This document shows positions 47,420-56,515 of a stretch of DNA of 64,000 bases, one piece after another; the first letter of the stretch is position 1, and each line of letters starts with the position of its first letter. Position numbers and translations under genes: made by a program. The notes below the pieces were generated by a model. It was given only the letters and a program-made list of their open reading frames with translations. It was not told the origin of the DNA and did no database searches. Location: the NCBI GenBank assembly GCA_052386855.1, contig JBQTJT010000108.1:2340-66339 (forward strand), written 5' to 3'. Source of the stretch: Reyranella sp. GTDB taxonomy: Bacteria > Pseudomonadota > Alphaproteobacteria > Reyranellales > Reyranellaceae.

Positions 47420-47455
47420 AGCTAAGGGGTAGTTGGGGAAACGTGGGGGTTTGTC

Positions 47456-47989
47456 ATGGCCGTTTCGGCTCAGACCGTCGAAAGGCGGGTTGAAAAGTCG
47501 GCGCAGGCGTTTCGCACGATCAGCGAAGTCGCGACCGAACTGGATGTGCCGCAGCACGTGCTGCGGTTCTGGGAAAGCAAGTTCAGCCAGGTCCGTCCGC
47601 TCAAGCGGGGCGGCGGCCGGCGGTACTATCGGCCGGAGGACATCGACCTCCTTCGCCGCATTCGCACGCTGCTCTACGACGACGGCTACACCATCAAGGG
47701 CGTGCAGCGCCTTCTGAAGGAGAGCCGGGGCCGTCTGCCGCAGCCGCAGCGCCTCGATCTGGCGGCGGAAAGCGCGCTCGAAAGCCTGCGCATCGTGTCG
47801 GCGCGTGCCGAAGCGATGACCGGCGGTGCTGCGCGTCAGCCGCTGCCGCGGACCGGCCCGCAACCGTCGACCACGACGCCGCGGGCCGCCATGCTGGACT
47901 TGCACAAGCGCCGGGAAATCGAAACGGTGCTGGAAGATCTCGAACAGGCGCTGACGCAGCTGCGCAGCACGCTGAAGGCTCAGAACTAG
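47456..47989 (+). CDS. MerR family transcriptional regulator
   Basis: Contains [44 protein letters not shown]. The position after ihfA is conserved. Confidence 0.85.
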   Translation: MAVSAQTVERRVEKSAQAFRTISEVATELDVPQHVLRFWESKFSQVRPLKRGGGRRYYRPEDIDLLRRIRTLLYDDGYTIKGVQRLLKESRGRLPQPQRLDLAAESALESLRIVSARAEAMTGGAARQPLPRTGPQPSTTTPRAAMLDLHKRREIETVLEDLEQALTQLRSTLKAQN

Positions 47990-48124
47990 GTCGGGACCTG
48001 GGATCGCTGCCGGGGGGCAGAGGCTCGAGGGCTTGAACCGCCAAGTCGGGTAGGCGTCTCCGGAAACGGTGGCATCCACCTGATTTGTTTCGCTTTTTCG
48101 GCATCGTCAGAGGGGGGCGTCGCC

Positions 48125-48430
48125 GTGTTATCCAGCCATGCTCTCGCGCATCAACCGGCGCGGTCACTCGATTCTTTATCATTTAACGACAATGAGTTGG
48201 AAGGCGATCTTCCAGCACTTGCCGAGATGCTTTACCTGCGCCGGGGCCTTGGCCAGGCGGGCGGCAAGCTGCCGCTGTTCGACCTCGACGGCCAGGATGT
48301 CGATGCCACGGTTGTCCGCCGCTGCGTCGAGCGCGGCTGGGCCGAGCCCTGGTTCAACAATCCGCTGAAGCCGGACTGGCTGGTCTGCAAGCTCACCGAT
48401 TCGGGTCGCCGGGTGGCGACGGCGCCGTAG
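48125..48430 (+). CDS. hypothetical protein
   Basis: 101-aa ORF with genome-like codon usage. I recognise no motif. Its 3' end overlaps the convergent MFS gene by 38 nt. Confidence 0.4.
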   Translation: MLSSHALAHQPARSLDSLSFNDNELEGDLPALAEMLYLRRGLGQAGGKLPLFDLDGQDVDATVVRRCVERGWAEPWFNNPLKPDWLVCKLTDSGRRVATAP

Positions 48431-49601
48431 CGATCCAGCTCACGGCGGCCGCGACGACCATCAAGGCAGCGGCCAGCAGGAACGGCGCGCCGGGCACGGA
48501 CACCAGCAGCCAGGCAAACGTCACGGTGAACAATCCCGGTGCCAAAAGTCCGGCCAGGCTCCTGACAGAGCTGTTGGCGCCCTGCAACTGGCCCTGCTCG
48601 GATTCACTCACCCGCCGGCTCATCATGTCCATGGCGGCGGGCCCCGCGATGCCCCACAGCGCCATGATCGGAACCCCGACCAGGAACCACGCGCCCGTGG
48701 GCGCCAACCCGTAAACCGCCATGCCGACGCCGCCGATCAGGAGGCCAACGAAAAGGGCGCGCCGCGGGCCAAACCGGGCGACGACCGGCCCGACCAACAG
48801 ACCCTGTACGAGGGCGCTGCAGATCCCGACGAACGCCAGGGTGAGGCCGACGGTCGTCTCGCCCCAGCCGTAGCGGTAGGCGGCGTAGAGCACGAACACC
48901 GACGGCAGGACGTAGTGGGCGACGTTGGCGAGGAAATCCACCACCGCCAGCCCGATCAGTTGCCGGTGCCGGCCCAGCAGCCTGAGCGAACCCAGCGGAT
49001 TGGCGCGCTTCCAGGCGAATGCCATGCGCTTTTCCGGCGGCAGCGATTCCGGCAGCACGAACCAGCCGAAGGCGGCGTTGATCAGGCAGGCCGCCGCCGA
49101 CACCCAGAACGGCAGGCGGGGATCGAGGCCGCCCAGCAGGCCGCCGATGGCCGGCCCGAGAATGAAGCCCGCGCCGAAGCCCATGCCGATGATGCCGAAG
49201 GCCTTGGCGCGGTTTTCGGCCGTCGTCACGTCGGCGATGTAGGCGAAGGAGGTGCTGATGGTGGCCGCGGTGATGCCCGAGATCACGCGGCCGATGAACA
49301 GCAGCAGGAGCGACGGGGCCAGCGCCATGAAGATGTAGTCGAGGCCGAGGCCCAGGCAGGAAATCAGGATCACCGGCCGGCGGCCGAAGCGATCCGAGAG
49401 GGCGCCGAGCAGGGGCGAGAACAGGACCTGCATCAGGCCCCAGACGGTAGCGAACAGGCCGAACATCTCGGCCGCCCCGGCCGTGTCGCCGTCCATGAAG
49501 GCCAGCACGATGCCGGGCAGCACCGGCAGCATCACGCCCAGCGCCAGCATGTCGAGCGTCACGGTGCAGAAAATGAAGGCAAGGGCGCGCCGGGTATTCA
49601 T
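48393..49601 (-). CDS. MFS transporter (tetracycline-efflux-like, 12-TM)
   Basis: Start is ATG 49601 (MNTRRALAFIFCTVTLDMLALGVMLPVLP). Has the motif GALSDRFGRRPVIL. Confidence 0.85.
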   Translation of the reverse strand: MNTRRALAFIFCTVTLDMLALGVMLPVLPGIVLAFMDGDTAGAAEMFGLFATVWGLMQVLFSPLLGALSDRFGRRPVILISCLGLGLDYIFMALAPSLLLLFIGRVISGITAATISTSFAYIADVTTAENRAKAFGIIGMGFGAGFILGPAIGGLLGGLDPRLPFWVSAAACLINAAFGWFVLPESLPPEKRMAFAWKRANPLGSLRLLGRHRQLIGLAVVDFLANVAHYVLPSVFVLYAAYRYGWGETTVGLTLAFVGICSALVQGLLVGPVVARFGPRRALFVGLLIGGVGMAVYGLAPTGAWFLVGVPIMALWGIAGPAAMDMMSRRVSESEQGQLQGANSSVRSLAGLLAPGLFTVTFAWLLVSVPGAPFLLAAALMVVAAAVSWIATAPSPPGDPNR

Positions 49602-49682
49602 GGGAACCGAAGACGGACGAGGGCGGGGCACTAGAGACCACCGTCGTGGTACAGTGCAAGCGACAGGGGAGGACCCGCCACC

Positions 49683-50138
49683 ATGCCGGTATCCATTCGT
49701 CTCATTGCCTTTGCTCTTCTGGCGGGCTTCTCGTCAGCAAGTGGTGTGTCCGCTCAGACCGTCGCCGGGACCGCGACCACATGGGGCCTTGTCGGCGTGT
49801 GGCAGCTCGACTGCAAAGCGCCAGTCAGCCAGAGCAATGGCGCGTTGAAGTACGCAGTGAGGGGGGGGAAGCTCTTCCACGATCGGGACTTCGGCGGCGG
49901 CAATACCGATTCCAACGCGGTCACAGCGATAAGGACAATGCCGGATGGGTCGCTCGAGCTGACCATCTCCTTCGCTTCGCGTTCGCAAACCCGCCAGATC
50001 GCATTCGCCAAGGCAGCCGATGGTCGAATTCGCGCCTTCTACAGCAGGAACATCGACACCGATGAATATTCCATAAAGGATGGAAAATTCGTGGCCAACG
50101 GCAATGCCGTGCCATGGCAGAGCCGGTGCGCAAAATAG
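49683..50138 (+). CDS. secreted hypothetical protein
   Basis: Signal peptide MPVSIRLIAFALLAGFSSASGVSAQ. Has two Cys (CKAP and a C-terminal SRCAK). No family recognised. Confidence 0.55.
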   Translation: MPVSIRLIAFALLAGFSSASGVSAQTVAGTATTWGLVGVWQLDCKAPVSQSNGALKYAVRGGKLFHDRDFGGGNTDSNAVTAIRTMPDGSLELTISFASRSQTRQIAFAKAADGRIRAFYSRNIDTDEYSIKDGKFVANGNAVPWQSRCAK

Positions 50139-50153
50139 ACGAATTGAAGTAAT

Positions 50154-50230
50154 TGGTCGGGACGACAGGATTTGAACCTGCGACCCCCTGTCCCCCAGAC
50201 AGGTGCGCTACCAGGCTGCGCTACGCCCCG
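50154..50230 (-). tRNA. tRNA-Pro, anticodon GGG
   Basis: The minus strand reads CGGGGCGTAGCGCAGCCTGGTAGCGCACCTGTCTGGGGGACAGGGGGTCGCAGGTTCAAATCCTGTCGTCCCGACCA. The acceptor stem is 7 bp with one G-U pair, the anticodon loop is CUGGGGG, the T-loop is GGTTCAAATCC, and CCA is encoded. Confidence 0.9.
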
Positions 50231-50313
50231 ACCGAGCAGGGCGTGTAGCGCGAATGGCAGCGATGCCGCAAGCCGGCTTGCGTCGCAGGGGAGCCGGGCC
50301 GATACAGGAGGCC

Positions 50314-51582
50314 ATGAATTCCCCCGACCCCGGCCGGCGCGTCCTGCTGTTTTCCTCGATCGGCCATGCGCTGATGCACCTGATGACGGCGTTTTATGCC
50401 GTGATCGTGCTGACACTCGCCATCGCCTGGAAGCTGCCGGCCGAGGACCTGCTCCGCCTCTATGCCCCCGCGACCGTTCTGCTGGGCGTCATGTCGCTGC
50501 CGGCAGGCTGGGCCTCGGACCGTTTTGGGGCACCGGCCATGATGGTGGTGATGTTCGCGGGCCTCGGCCTGTCGTCGATCGCCTGCGGCCTGGTGCCCAC
50601 CGGCGACACCTTCGCCCTGTCAGCCGCGCTCTGCGGCATCGGCGCGTTCGGCGCCATCTATCATTCCGTCGGCATCGGCTGGGTGATCCGCACGGCCAGG
50701 GAGCAGGGCCACGCCATGGGCGTGAACGGATTGTGGGGCAGCGCGGGCCTGGCACTCTACGGCATCGTGCCCGGCGTGTTGATCACGCTCTACTCCTGGC
50801 GAGCGGCCTTCATCGTGCCGGGCATCGTCTGCCTCGTCGTGGGCGCGGTGCTCCTGTTCGAGATCCGGCGCGGCCGCGTCGGCGACCGGCCGATGCCCGC
50901 GACACCCGGCGTCGAGGTCGGCCGCGGCAGCTTCTGGCGGGTCTTCTCCGTGCTCTCGGTGACCATGGCGCTCGAGGGCATCACCTGGGCCGCGGTGATG
51001 TTTGGCGCGGCACTCGTGTTCCAGCAGCGCCTCGGCGATCAGATCGCCTGGCTGCGCGACAGTCTTACCTCCTGGGGGTTCGTCACCCAGGCGGTCCTGT
51101 GGGTCGGGCTCGCGACCTCGATGATCTACATCGTCTCCGGCGTGGCGCAGTACGCCATGGGCCGGCGTGTCATCGATCGCTATCCGCTGAAGACGACCTA
51201 TGTCGTGGCCTCGGCGCTGCAGGTCGGCGCCATGCTGGCGCTGGCCATGGGCAATGGCTACGTGGCGCTGGCCGGTGCGATCGCCTCGGCGATCCTGAGT
51301 TCGGCGGCGGGCCCGGTCGAGAACATCCTGATCGCGCGCTACACGCCCAGCCGCTATCACGGCCTCGGATTCGGCGCGAAGTTCGTGGTGGCGCTGGGCG
51401 CCAGCCCGTTCGCCATCCTGGCGATCGCCTGGGTGCAAGAGAGCACCGGCAACCTGGAACTGTTGTTCCTGGGCCTCGCCGGCACCTCCGTGGTGATCAC
51501 GCTGGTGGCGCTGCTGCTGCCGGGCAACGACCGCGGCCAGGAGGCTCGCGCACCGGTGCCGCAGGCGGCACCGGCGGAATAG
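50314..51582 (+). CDS. MFS transporter
   Basis: ATG 50314 follows CAGGAGG. About 12 TM helices. The track start at 50203 overlaps the tRNA. Confidence 0.8.
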   Translation: MNSPDPGRRVLLFSSIGHALMHLMTAFYAVIVLTLAIAWKLPAEDLLRLYAPATVLLGVMSLPAGWASDRFGAPAMMVVMFAGLGLSSIACGLVPTGDTFALSAALCGIGAFGAIYHSVGIGWVIRTAREQGHAMGVNGLWGSAGLALYGIVPGVLITLYSWRAAFIVPGIVCLVVGAVLLFEIRRGRVGDRPMPATPGVEVGRGSFWRVFSVLSVTMALEGITWAAVMFGAALVFQQRLGDQIAWLRDSLTSWGFVTQAVLWVGLATSMIYIVSGVAQYAMGRRVIDRYPLKTTYVVASALQVGAMLALAMGNGYVALAGAIASAILSSAAGPVENILIARYTPSRYHGLGFGAKFVVALGASPFAILAIAWVQESTGNLELLFLGLAGTSVVITLVALLLPGNDRGQEARAPVPQAAPAE

Positions 51583-51585
51583 CCG

Positions 51586-52194
51586 CTACTTCGTCGAGCG
51601 CGCCGCCTTGTAGGCCGGCCGCGCCAGGCAGCGATCGAGCCACGCACCGACATTGGGGAAGGGCGCAAAGTCGAACTTGATCGGCTTGGCCCAGCTCATG
51701 ATCGAGGCGAGGTTGAGATCGGCCACGGTGAAGGTCGAGCCGAGCAGATAGTCGCGGCCCTGCAGTGCGCTGTTGAGGACGCCGAACGGCTTGGGCAGCG
51801 CCTTCTGCGCCTCGGCCACGGCGTCGGGCTTGCGCTTGTCGGGGGCGGTCATGAACATGTCGATCAGGACCGTGAGAAGGGGCTTCTCGACTTCGGTCAT
51901 GCCCCAGAAGCTCCACTGGTGGCAGACCGCCTGGTCTTCCAGGCTGGCCGGCATGAAGCCGTTCTTGTTGTGCTTGGTGGCGAGATAGATGTTGATCGCC
52001 ATCGACTCGAACAGCTTGAAGTCGCCATCGACCAGCGTCGGCACCTTGCCGTTGGGATTGACCTTGAGATAGTCGGCGGTCTTGAGGTCCTTCATCTCGA
52101 GCGCGACATGCTCGAACGGAATGTCGAGCTCGTGCACGATCCACAAGGCGCGTGCGGCGCGCGAAGCGGTGGGACCGTAAATCTTGATCGTCAC
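51586..52194 (-). CDS. glutathione S-transferase
   Basis: Contains MTIKIYGPTASRAARALWIVHEL and NPNGKVPTLVDGDFKLFESMAINIYL. Confidence 0.85.
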   Translation of the reverse strand: MTIKIYGPTASRAARALWIVHELDIPFEHVALEMKDLKTADYLKVNPNGKVPTLVDGDFKLFESMAINIYLATKHNKNGFMPASLEDQAVCHQWSFWGMTEVEKPLLTVLIDMFMTAPDKRKPDAVAEAQKALPKPFGVLNSALQGRDYLLGSTFTVADLNLASIMSWAKPIKFDFAPFPNVGAWLDRCLARPAYKAARSTK

Positions 52195-52268
52195 TGTGCT
52201 TTCTCCCCAGAAGGCGTTGGGCGGACGATAATGCAGCCCGCCGGTCCGGTCTAACTATTCCCCCGCAT

Positions 52269-53606
52269 CTATTCCACGAGCCCGTGCTCGTGGCCGACAT
52301 AGCCGTGCGGGTGGCCGAAGCGTTCCATCATCACCGCGGTGAGATCCTTCTCTGGGCCTGCGATCCAGCCGCCGGCCCGCACCGCGTAGCTTTGCGCCCG
52401 TGCGGCGGCCAGTGGCGCGTCGCCCTTCCGCAGAGCGCGGGCGGCGGCCATCACCAGTTTGCGGAACTCGACGATGCCGACGTCGGTCGGGCCGAGATGC
52501 TCCTTCGTGCGGTCCTGGATCGGGCCCTGGCTGTCCTGGATCGCGGCGTCCTGATCCGAGACGCCGCTGATGCCGGTGAAGCTCAGGGTCTTCTGCAGTT
52601 CGCGGTCGATCAGGTAGTCGTTGCCGATGTTGCGCTTGGGCACATAGTCCTCGCCGATCTCGGCATGCAGGCTGAGCCCTGTCGCGTACTTGGCGCGCTC
52701 GGCGTTGGTCAGTGGACGGTCGGGTGTCCAGCTGTAGGTGTAGACCCAGCACGACGTGTCATCGATCGGGACCCAGGTCTGGCCATGATAGACCTCGCCG
52801 GGGAAGGCCACCGGTACGAGTGCGTGATTGGGCGCGAGATACTGCGCGATGCGCCAGTAGAGATCGGTCGAGTCGGTCTTGCGGCCGGCGGCGATCACGA
52901 GGCCCGCGTCGTGGCTCTGGATCCTGAACTTCGGCCGTGGATCGTCGGTCACCCAGCGCATGCGGTCGGCCAGGCCGCTCTCCTGGCCGATCGCCGACGT
53001 CTTGCGCAGGATGTCGAGCTTGATTGCTTCGTCCTTGGTCGGGATGGCATGCAGGAACGAGAAGTGGGCGGTGTCGATGGCGCCCTCGAGGCTCTGCGCC
53101 CAATTGCAGTCCTGGCGCTTCTTGGAGACGTAGCGATGCCCTGCCGGCACGAGGCCGAGTTCGAGTTGCGACAGCTCCGGCATCGTCTCGCGCGGACCCA
53201 TGTAGACCCAGATCATGTCGGCCCATTCACGCGTCGGGTAGGCCAGCAGCTTGATCGTATCCTTGTACGAGGACTCCGGCGGCGAGGTCGGCAGGTCGAC
53301 ACAGTTGCCGTCGATGTCGAACTTCCAGCCGTGGAAGGCGCAGCGGATGCCGCACTCCTCGTTGCGCCCGAAATAGAGGTTGGCGCCGCGATGCGGGCAA
53401 TGCTGTTCGACGATACCGACGCGGCCGTCGGTCTGCCGGAAGGCCAGCAACTCCTCGCCCAGGATCTTGATCTTCTTCGGCGGCCCGTCGCGCTCCGCCA
53501 ATTCCTCGGAGAGGAGCGCGGGCATCCAGAAGCGGCGCAGCAGGTCGCCCATCGGCGTGCCGGGACCGCTCAGCGTGAGGAGGGCGTTGTCGGCTTGGCT
53601 CAGCAT
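52269..53606 (-). CDS. Rieske [2Fe-2S] non-heme-iron oxygenase alpha subunit (copy 2)
   Basis: Rieske motif CPHRGANLYFGRNEECGIRCAFHGW and mononuclear iron motif DTAHFSFLH. Its ATG 53606 shares a base with the upstream TGA. Confidence 0.9.
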   Translation of the reverse strand: MLSQADNALLTLSGPGTPMGDLLRRFWMPALLSEELAERDGPPKKIKILGEELLAFRQTDGRVGIVEQHCPHRGANLYFGRNEECGIRCAFHGWKFDIDGNCVDLPTSPPESSYKDTIKLLAYPTREWADMIWVYMGPRETMPELSQLELGLVPAGHRYVSKKRQDCNWAQSLEGAIDTAHFSFLHAIPTKDEAIKLDILRKTSAIGQESGLADRMRWVTDDPRPKFRIQSHDAGLVIAAGRKTDSTDLYWRIAQYLAPNHALVPVAFPGEVYHGQTWVPIDDTSCWVYTYSWTPDRPLTNAERAKYATGLSLHAEIGEDYVPKRNIGNDYLIDRELQKTLSFTGISGVSDQDAAIQDSQGPIQDRTKEHLGPTDVGIVEFRKLVMAAARALRKGDAPLAAARAQSYAVRAGGWIAGPEKDLTAVMMERFGHPHGYVGHEHGLVE

Positions 53607-54940
53607 CAGTCACCTAATCCGTATTGGTTGCCGATGTAGCCGCAGTCATGACCGAAGCGCTCGGCCATCACCGTGGCGAGGTCCTTCTCGGGAGCCGCGA
53701 CCCAACCGCCAGATCGCACCGCATAGCGTGACGCGAGCACCGGCTGCTTCGGCGCCTCGCCGGCGGCAAGCTTGCGGGCGGCGCCCATCACCAGCTTGCG
53801 GAACTCCACGATGCCGATGTCGGTGGGCCCGAGGTGTTCCCGGGTGCGATCCTGGATCGGGCCCTGGCTGTCCTGGATGGCGGCGTCCTGCTCGCTCACC
53901 CCGGTGATGCCGGTGAAGTTCTCCTTCAGCTGCACGTTGCGGTCGCGCAGGTAGTCGTTGTCCCGGTTGCGCAGCGGCCTGTAGTCGGCATCGACCTCGG
54001 AATGGACGTTGAAGCCGGAGCGATATTTGGCGCGCTCGGAGTTGCTGAACGGCCGCTCCGGTTGCCAGCAGTAGCTGTAGATCCAGCAGTTCACGTCGTC
54101 GACCGGCACCCACGACTGCCCGTAATAGATCTCGCCGGGGAAGGCGGCGGGCGTATAGGCGTGATTGGGCATCAGGAACTGGGCGATGCGCCAGTAGAGG
54201 TCGCGGCTGTCGGTCTTGCGGCCGCCGCCGATCACCAGTCCGGTCTCATGGCCCAACACCTGGAAGCGAGGACGAGGATCGTTCTGCACCCAGCGCACGC
54301 GGTCATCTGGCTTGGCCTGGTCGCCGAGTGCGGCGTTGGCCATCGCCTTGCGCGCACTCTCCTCGTCGGTTGCCAGCACTTTATGAAGGAACGAGAAATG
54401 TGACGTGTCGATCGCACCTTCCAGGCTCTGCACCCAGTTGCAGTCCTGCCACTTCTTGGTCACGAAGCGCGAGGCCGCGGGGACCAGCGCCATCTCGAGC
54501 TGCGGCAGTTCCGGCATCAGCTCGCGCGGGCCCATGTAGACCCAGATCATCTCGCCCCATTCGCGGGTCGGATAGGCCAGCAGCTTGATCGTGTCCTTGT
54601 AAGCCGACTCCGGCGGCGAGGTCGGAAGATCGACGCAGTTGCCGTCGATGTCGAACTTCCAGCCATGGAACGAACATCTGAGGCCGCACTCCTCGTTGCG
54701 TCCGTAATAGAGATTGGCGCCGCGGTGCGGGCAATGCGGCCCGACAATGCCGATCTTTCCATCGGTCTGGCGGAAGGCCAGCAGGTCCTCGCCCATGATT
54801 CGGATCTTCTTCTGCGGACCGTCGCGTTCCGGCAACTCGTCCGACAGCAGCGCCGGCATCCAGAAGCGGCGCAGCAGCTCGCCCATCGGCGTGCCCTTGC
54901 CGGCCTGGGTCAGGAACGTGTTGTCGGCGTGGCTCAGCAT
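53606..54940 (-). CDS. Rieske [2Fe-2S] non-heme-iron oxygenase alpha subunit (copy 1)
   Basis: Contains CPHRGANLYYGRNEECGLRCSFHGW and DTSHFSFLH. Its ATG 54940 shares a base with the metY TGA. Confidence 0.9.
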   Translation of the reverse strand: MLSHADNTFLTQAGKGTPMGELLRRFWMPALLSDELPERDGPQKKIRIMGEDLLAFRQTDGKIGIVGPHCPHRGANLYYGRNEECGLRCSFHGWKFDIDGNCVDLPTSPPESAYKDTIKLLAYPTREWGEMIWVYMGPRELMPELPQLEMALVPAASRFVTKKWQDCNWVQSLEGAIDTSHFSFLHKVLATDEESARKAMANAALGDQAKPDDRVRWVQNDPRPRFQVLGHETGLVIGGGRKTDSRDLYWRIAQFLMPNHAYTPAAFPGEIYYGQSWVPVDDVNCWIYSYCWQPERPFSNSERAKYRSGFNVHSEVDADYRPLRNRDNDYLRDRNVQLKENFTGITGVSEQDAAIQDSQGPIQDRTREHLGPTDIGIVEFRKLVMGAARKLAAGEAPKQPVLASRYAVRSGGWVAAPEKDLATVMAERFGHDCGYIGNQYGLGD

Positions 54941-56229
54941 CAGGCGGTTGCCTTGGCCAGCGCCTGGTCGAGATCGGCGATGATGTCGTCCACCGTCTCG
55001 ATGCCGATCGAGAGCCTGAGCACGTCGGGCCCGGCGCCAGCCGAGACACGCTGCTCCTCGGAGAGCTGGCGGTGCGTGGTCGAGGCGGGATGGATGATCA
55101 GGCTCTTGGCGTCGCCGATGTTGGCCAGGTGCGAGAAGAGCTCGACGCTATCCACCACTTTCACGCCGACCTCGTAGCCGCCCTTGACGCCGAAGGTGAA
55201 GATCGAGCCCGCGCCTTTGGGCAGGTATTTCTTCGCGAGCTTGTTGTACTTGTTTGACGCGAGGCCGGCGTAGTTCACCCAGGCCACGGCCGGATGCTTC
55301 TCGAGGTGCGCCGCTACCTTGGCCGCGTTGGCGCAGTGCCGTTCCATGCGCAGCCCCAGCGTTTCCATGCCAAGCATGGTGAGCCAGGCATTGAACGGGG
55401 CTTGTGAGGGGCCGAGGTCGCGCAGGCCGACGGCATGGCTGTGGAAGGTGTAGGCCATGTCACCGAACGTCTCGTAGAAATTGAGGCCGTGATAGGCGGG
55501 CTCGGGACCGGCGAGGCTGGGGAATTTGCCACCGCGCGACCAGTCGAACTTGCCCGAGTCCACGACCGCACCGCCCATCGACGTGCCGGTGCCGCACAGG
55601 AACTTGGTGGTCGAATGCACGATCAGGGTGGCGCCGTAGTCGATCGGCTTGCAGAGGTAGGGCGTGGCCAGCGTGTTGTCGACCAGCAGCGGCACGCCCG
55701 CGGCCTCGGCGATGCGGGCGATCGCCTCGATGTCGCTCACCACGCCGCCGGGATTGGCCAGGCTCTCGATGAAGAAGGCCTTGGTGTTTTCCGTGACGGC
55801 GCGCTTGAAGTTCTCCGGCGCGTCGGCGTCGACGATCGCAGCCTTCCAGCCGAACTTGGGATAGGTGTTCTTCATCTGCTGCAGCGAGCCGCCGTAGAGG
55901 CGGGAGGAGGCGACGATCTCGGCGCCCGGGCTCATCAGCGGAAACAGGCCGAGGACCTGGGCGGCATGGCCGGAGGAGGTCACGGTGCAGCCGCGGCCGC
56001 CTTCGAGCGTGGCAAGGCGGGCTTCGAGGGCCGCATTGGTCGGATTGGTGAGGCGCGAATAGATGAAGCCCACGGTCTGCAGGTTGAACAGCGCCGCGGC
56101 GTGGTCGGCATCCTCGAAGACGTAGGCCGTGGTCTGGTGGATCGGCAGCGCCCGCGAGCCGGTGGTGGGATCGGGCGCGGCGCCGGCATGGATCGACAGG
56201 GTTTCGAAACCGTATGTCTTGTCACTCAT
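54940..56229 (-). CDS. metY: O-acetylhomoserine aminocarboxypropyltransferase (sulfhydrylase)
   Basis: Start is ATG 56229, 5 nt after GGAGAG. Contains FETLSIHAGAAPDPTTGSRALPIHQTTAYVF, and a PLP lysine context STTKFLCG. Confidence 0.9.
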   Translation of the reverse strand: MSDKTYGFETLSIHAGAAPDPTTGSRALPIHQTTAYVFEDADHAAALFNLQTVGFIYSRLTNPTNAALEARLATLEGGRGCTVTSSGHAAQVLGLFPLMSPGAEIVASSRLYGGSLQQMKNTYPKFGWKAAIVDADAPENFKRAVTENTKAFFIESLANPGGVVSDIEAIARIAEAAGVPLLVDNTLATPYLCKPIDYGATLIVHSTTKFLCGTGTSMGGAVVDSGKFDWSRGGKFPSLAGPEPAYHGLNFYETFGDMAYTFHSHAVGLRDLGPSQAPFNAWLTMLGMETLGLRMERHCANAAKVAAHLEKHPAVAWVNYAGLASNKYNKLAKKYLPKGAGSIFTFGVKGGYEVGVKVVDSVELFSHLANIGDAKSLIIHPASTTHRQLSEEQRVSAGAGPDVLRLSIGIETVDDIIADLDQALAKATA

Positions 56230-56265
56230 GGAACTCTCCAAAATGTCCGGCGCCGTGCGGAAAAC

Positions 56266-56281
56266 TTGGAAACCGACTTTG
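56266..56281 (-). repeat. 16-nt direct repeat, proximal copy, in the metY leader
   Basis: The minus strand reads CAAAGTCGGTTTCCAA, identical to the copy at 56381..56396. It is followed by an imperfect hairpin whose 3' arm runs into the metY RBS. Confidence 0.6.
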
Positions 56282-56380
56282 CCGATCTCAGGATGGCATC
56301 AAATTGCGGCCAAGTCGTTGAACCCGCGGGTGATTTCGCAGGTAGGAAGGCGTGTCCCATGTCCGCCAAAAGCGGACATT

Positions 56381-56396
56381 TTGGAAACCGACTTTG
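56381..56396 (-). repeat. 16-nt direct repeat, distal copy, in the metY leader
   Basis: The minus strand reads CAAAGTCGGTTTCCAA, followed by a perfect 8-bp hairpin ATGTCCGC-uuuug-GCGGACAT (56359..56379). Confidence 0.6.
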
Positions 56397-56515
56397 TCAT
56401 TCAGCGACGGTGTCGTCGCGTGTGGAGAACGGGCACAGGCAGGGTCGGCAGGAAGTCATAGGTATTTTCCTACCTCAGGCAGCGGCGGGCGTCAATGCCG
56501 CCGTCGTTCGCGCGG

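Noticed and set aside
50100-50320. I considered whether tRNA-Pro marks the integration site of a genomic island.
   Set aside because: There is no integrase gene and no direct repeat of the tRNA 3' end. The flanking genes have the same GC and codon character as the rest of the window.
56299-56400. A 33-codon small ORF (MTKSVSKMSAFGGHGTRLPTCEITRGFNDLAAI) lies on the minus strand inside the metY leader and could be a leader peptide.
   Set aside because: It has no RBS and no Met or Cys run that would suit attenuation. The second repeat copy falls in a different frame, so the repeats look like RNA or DNA elements rather than coding sequence.
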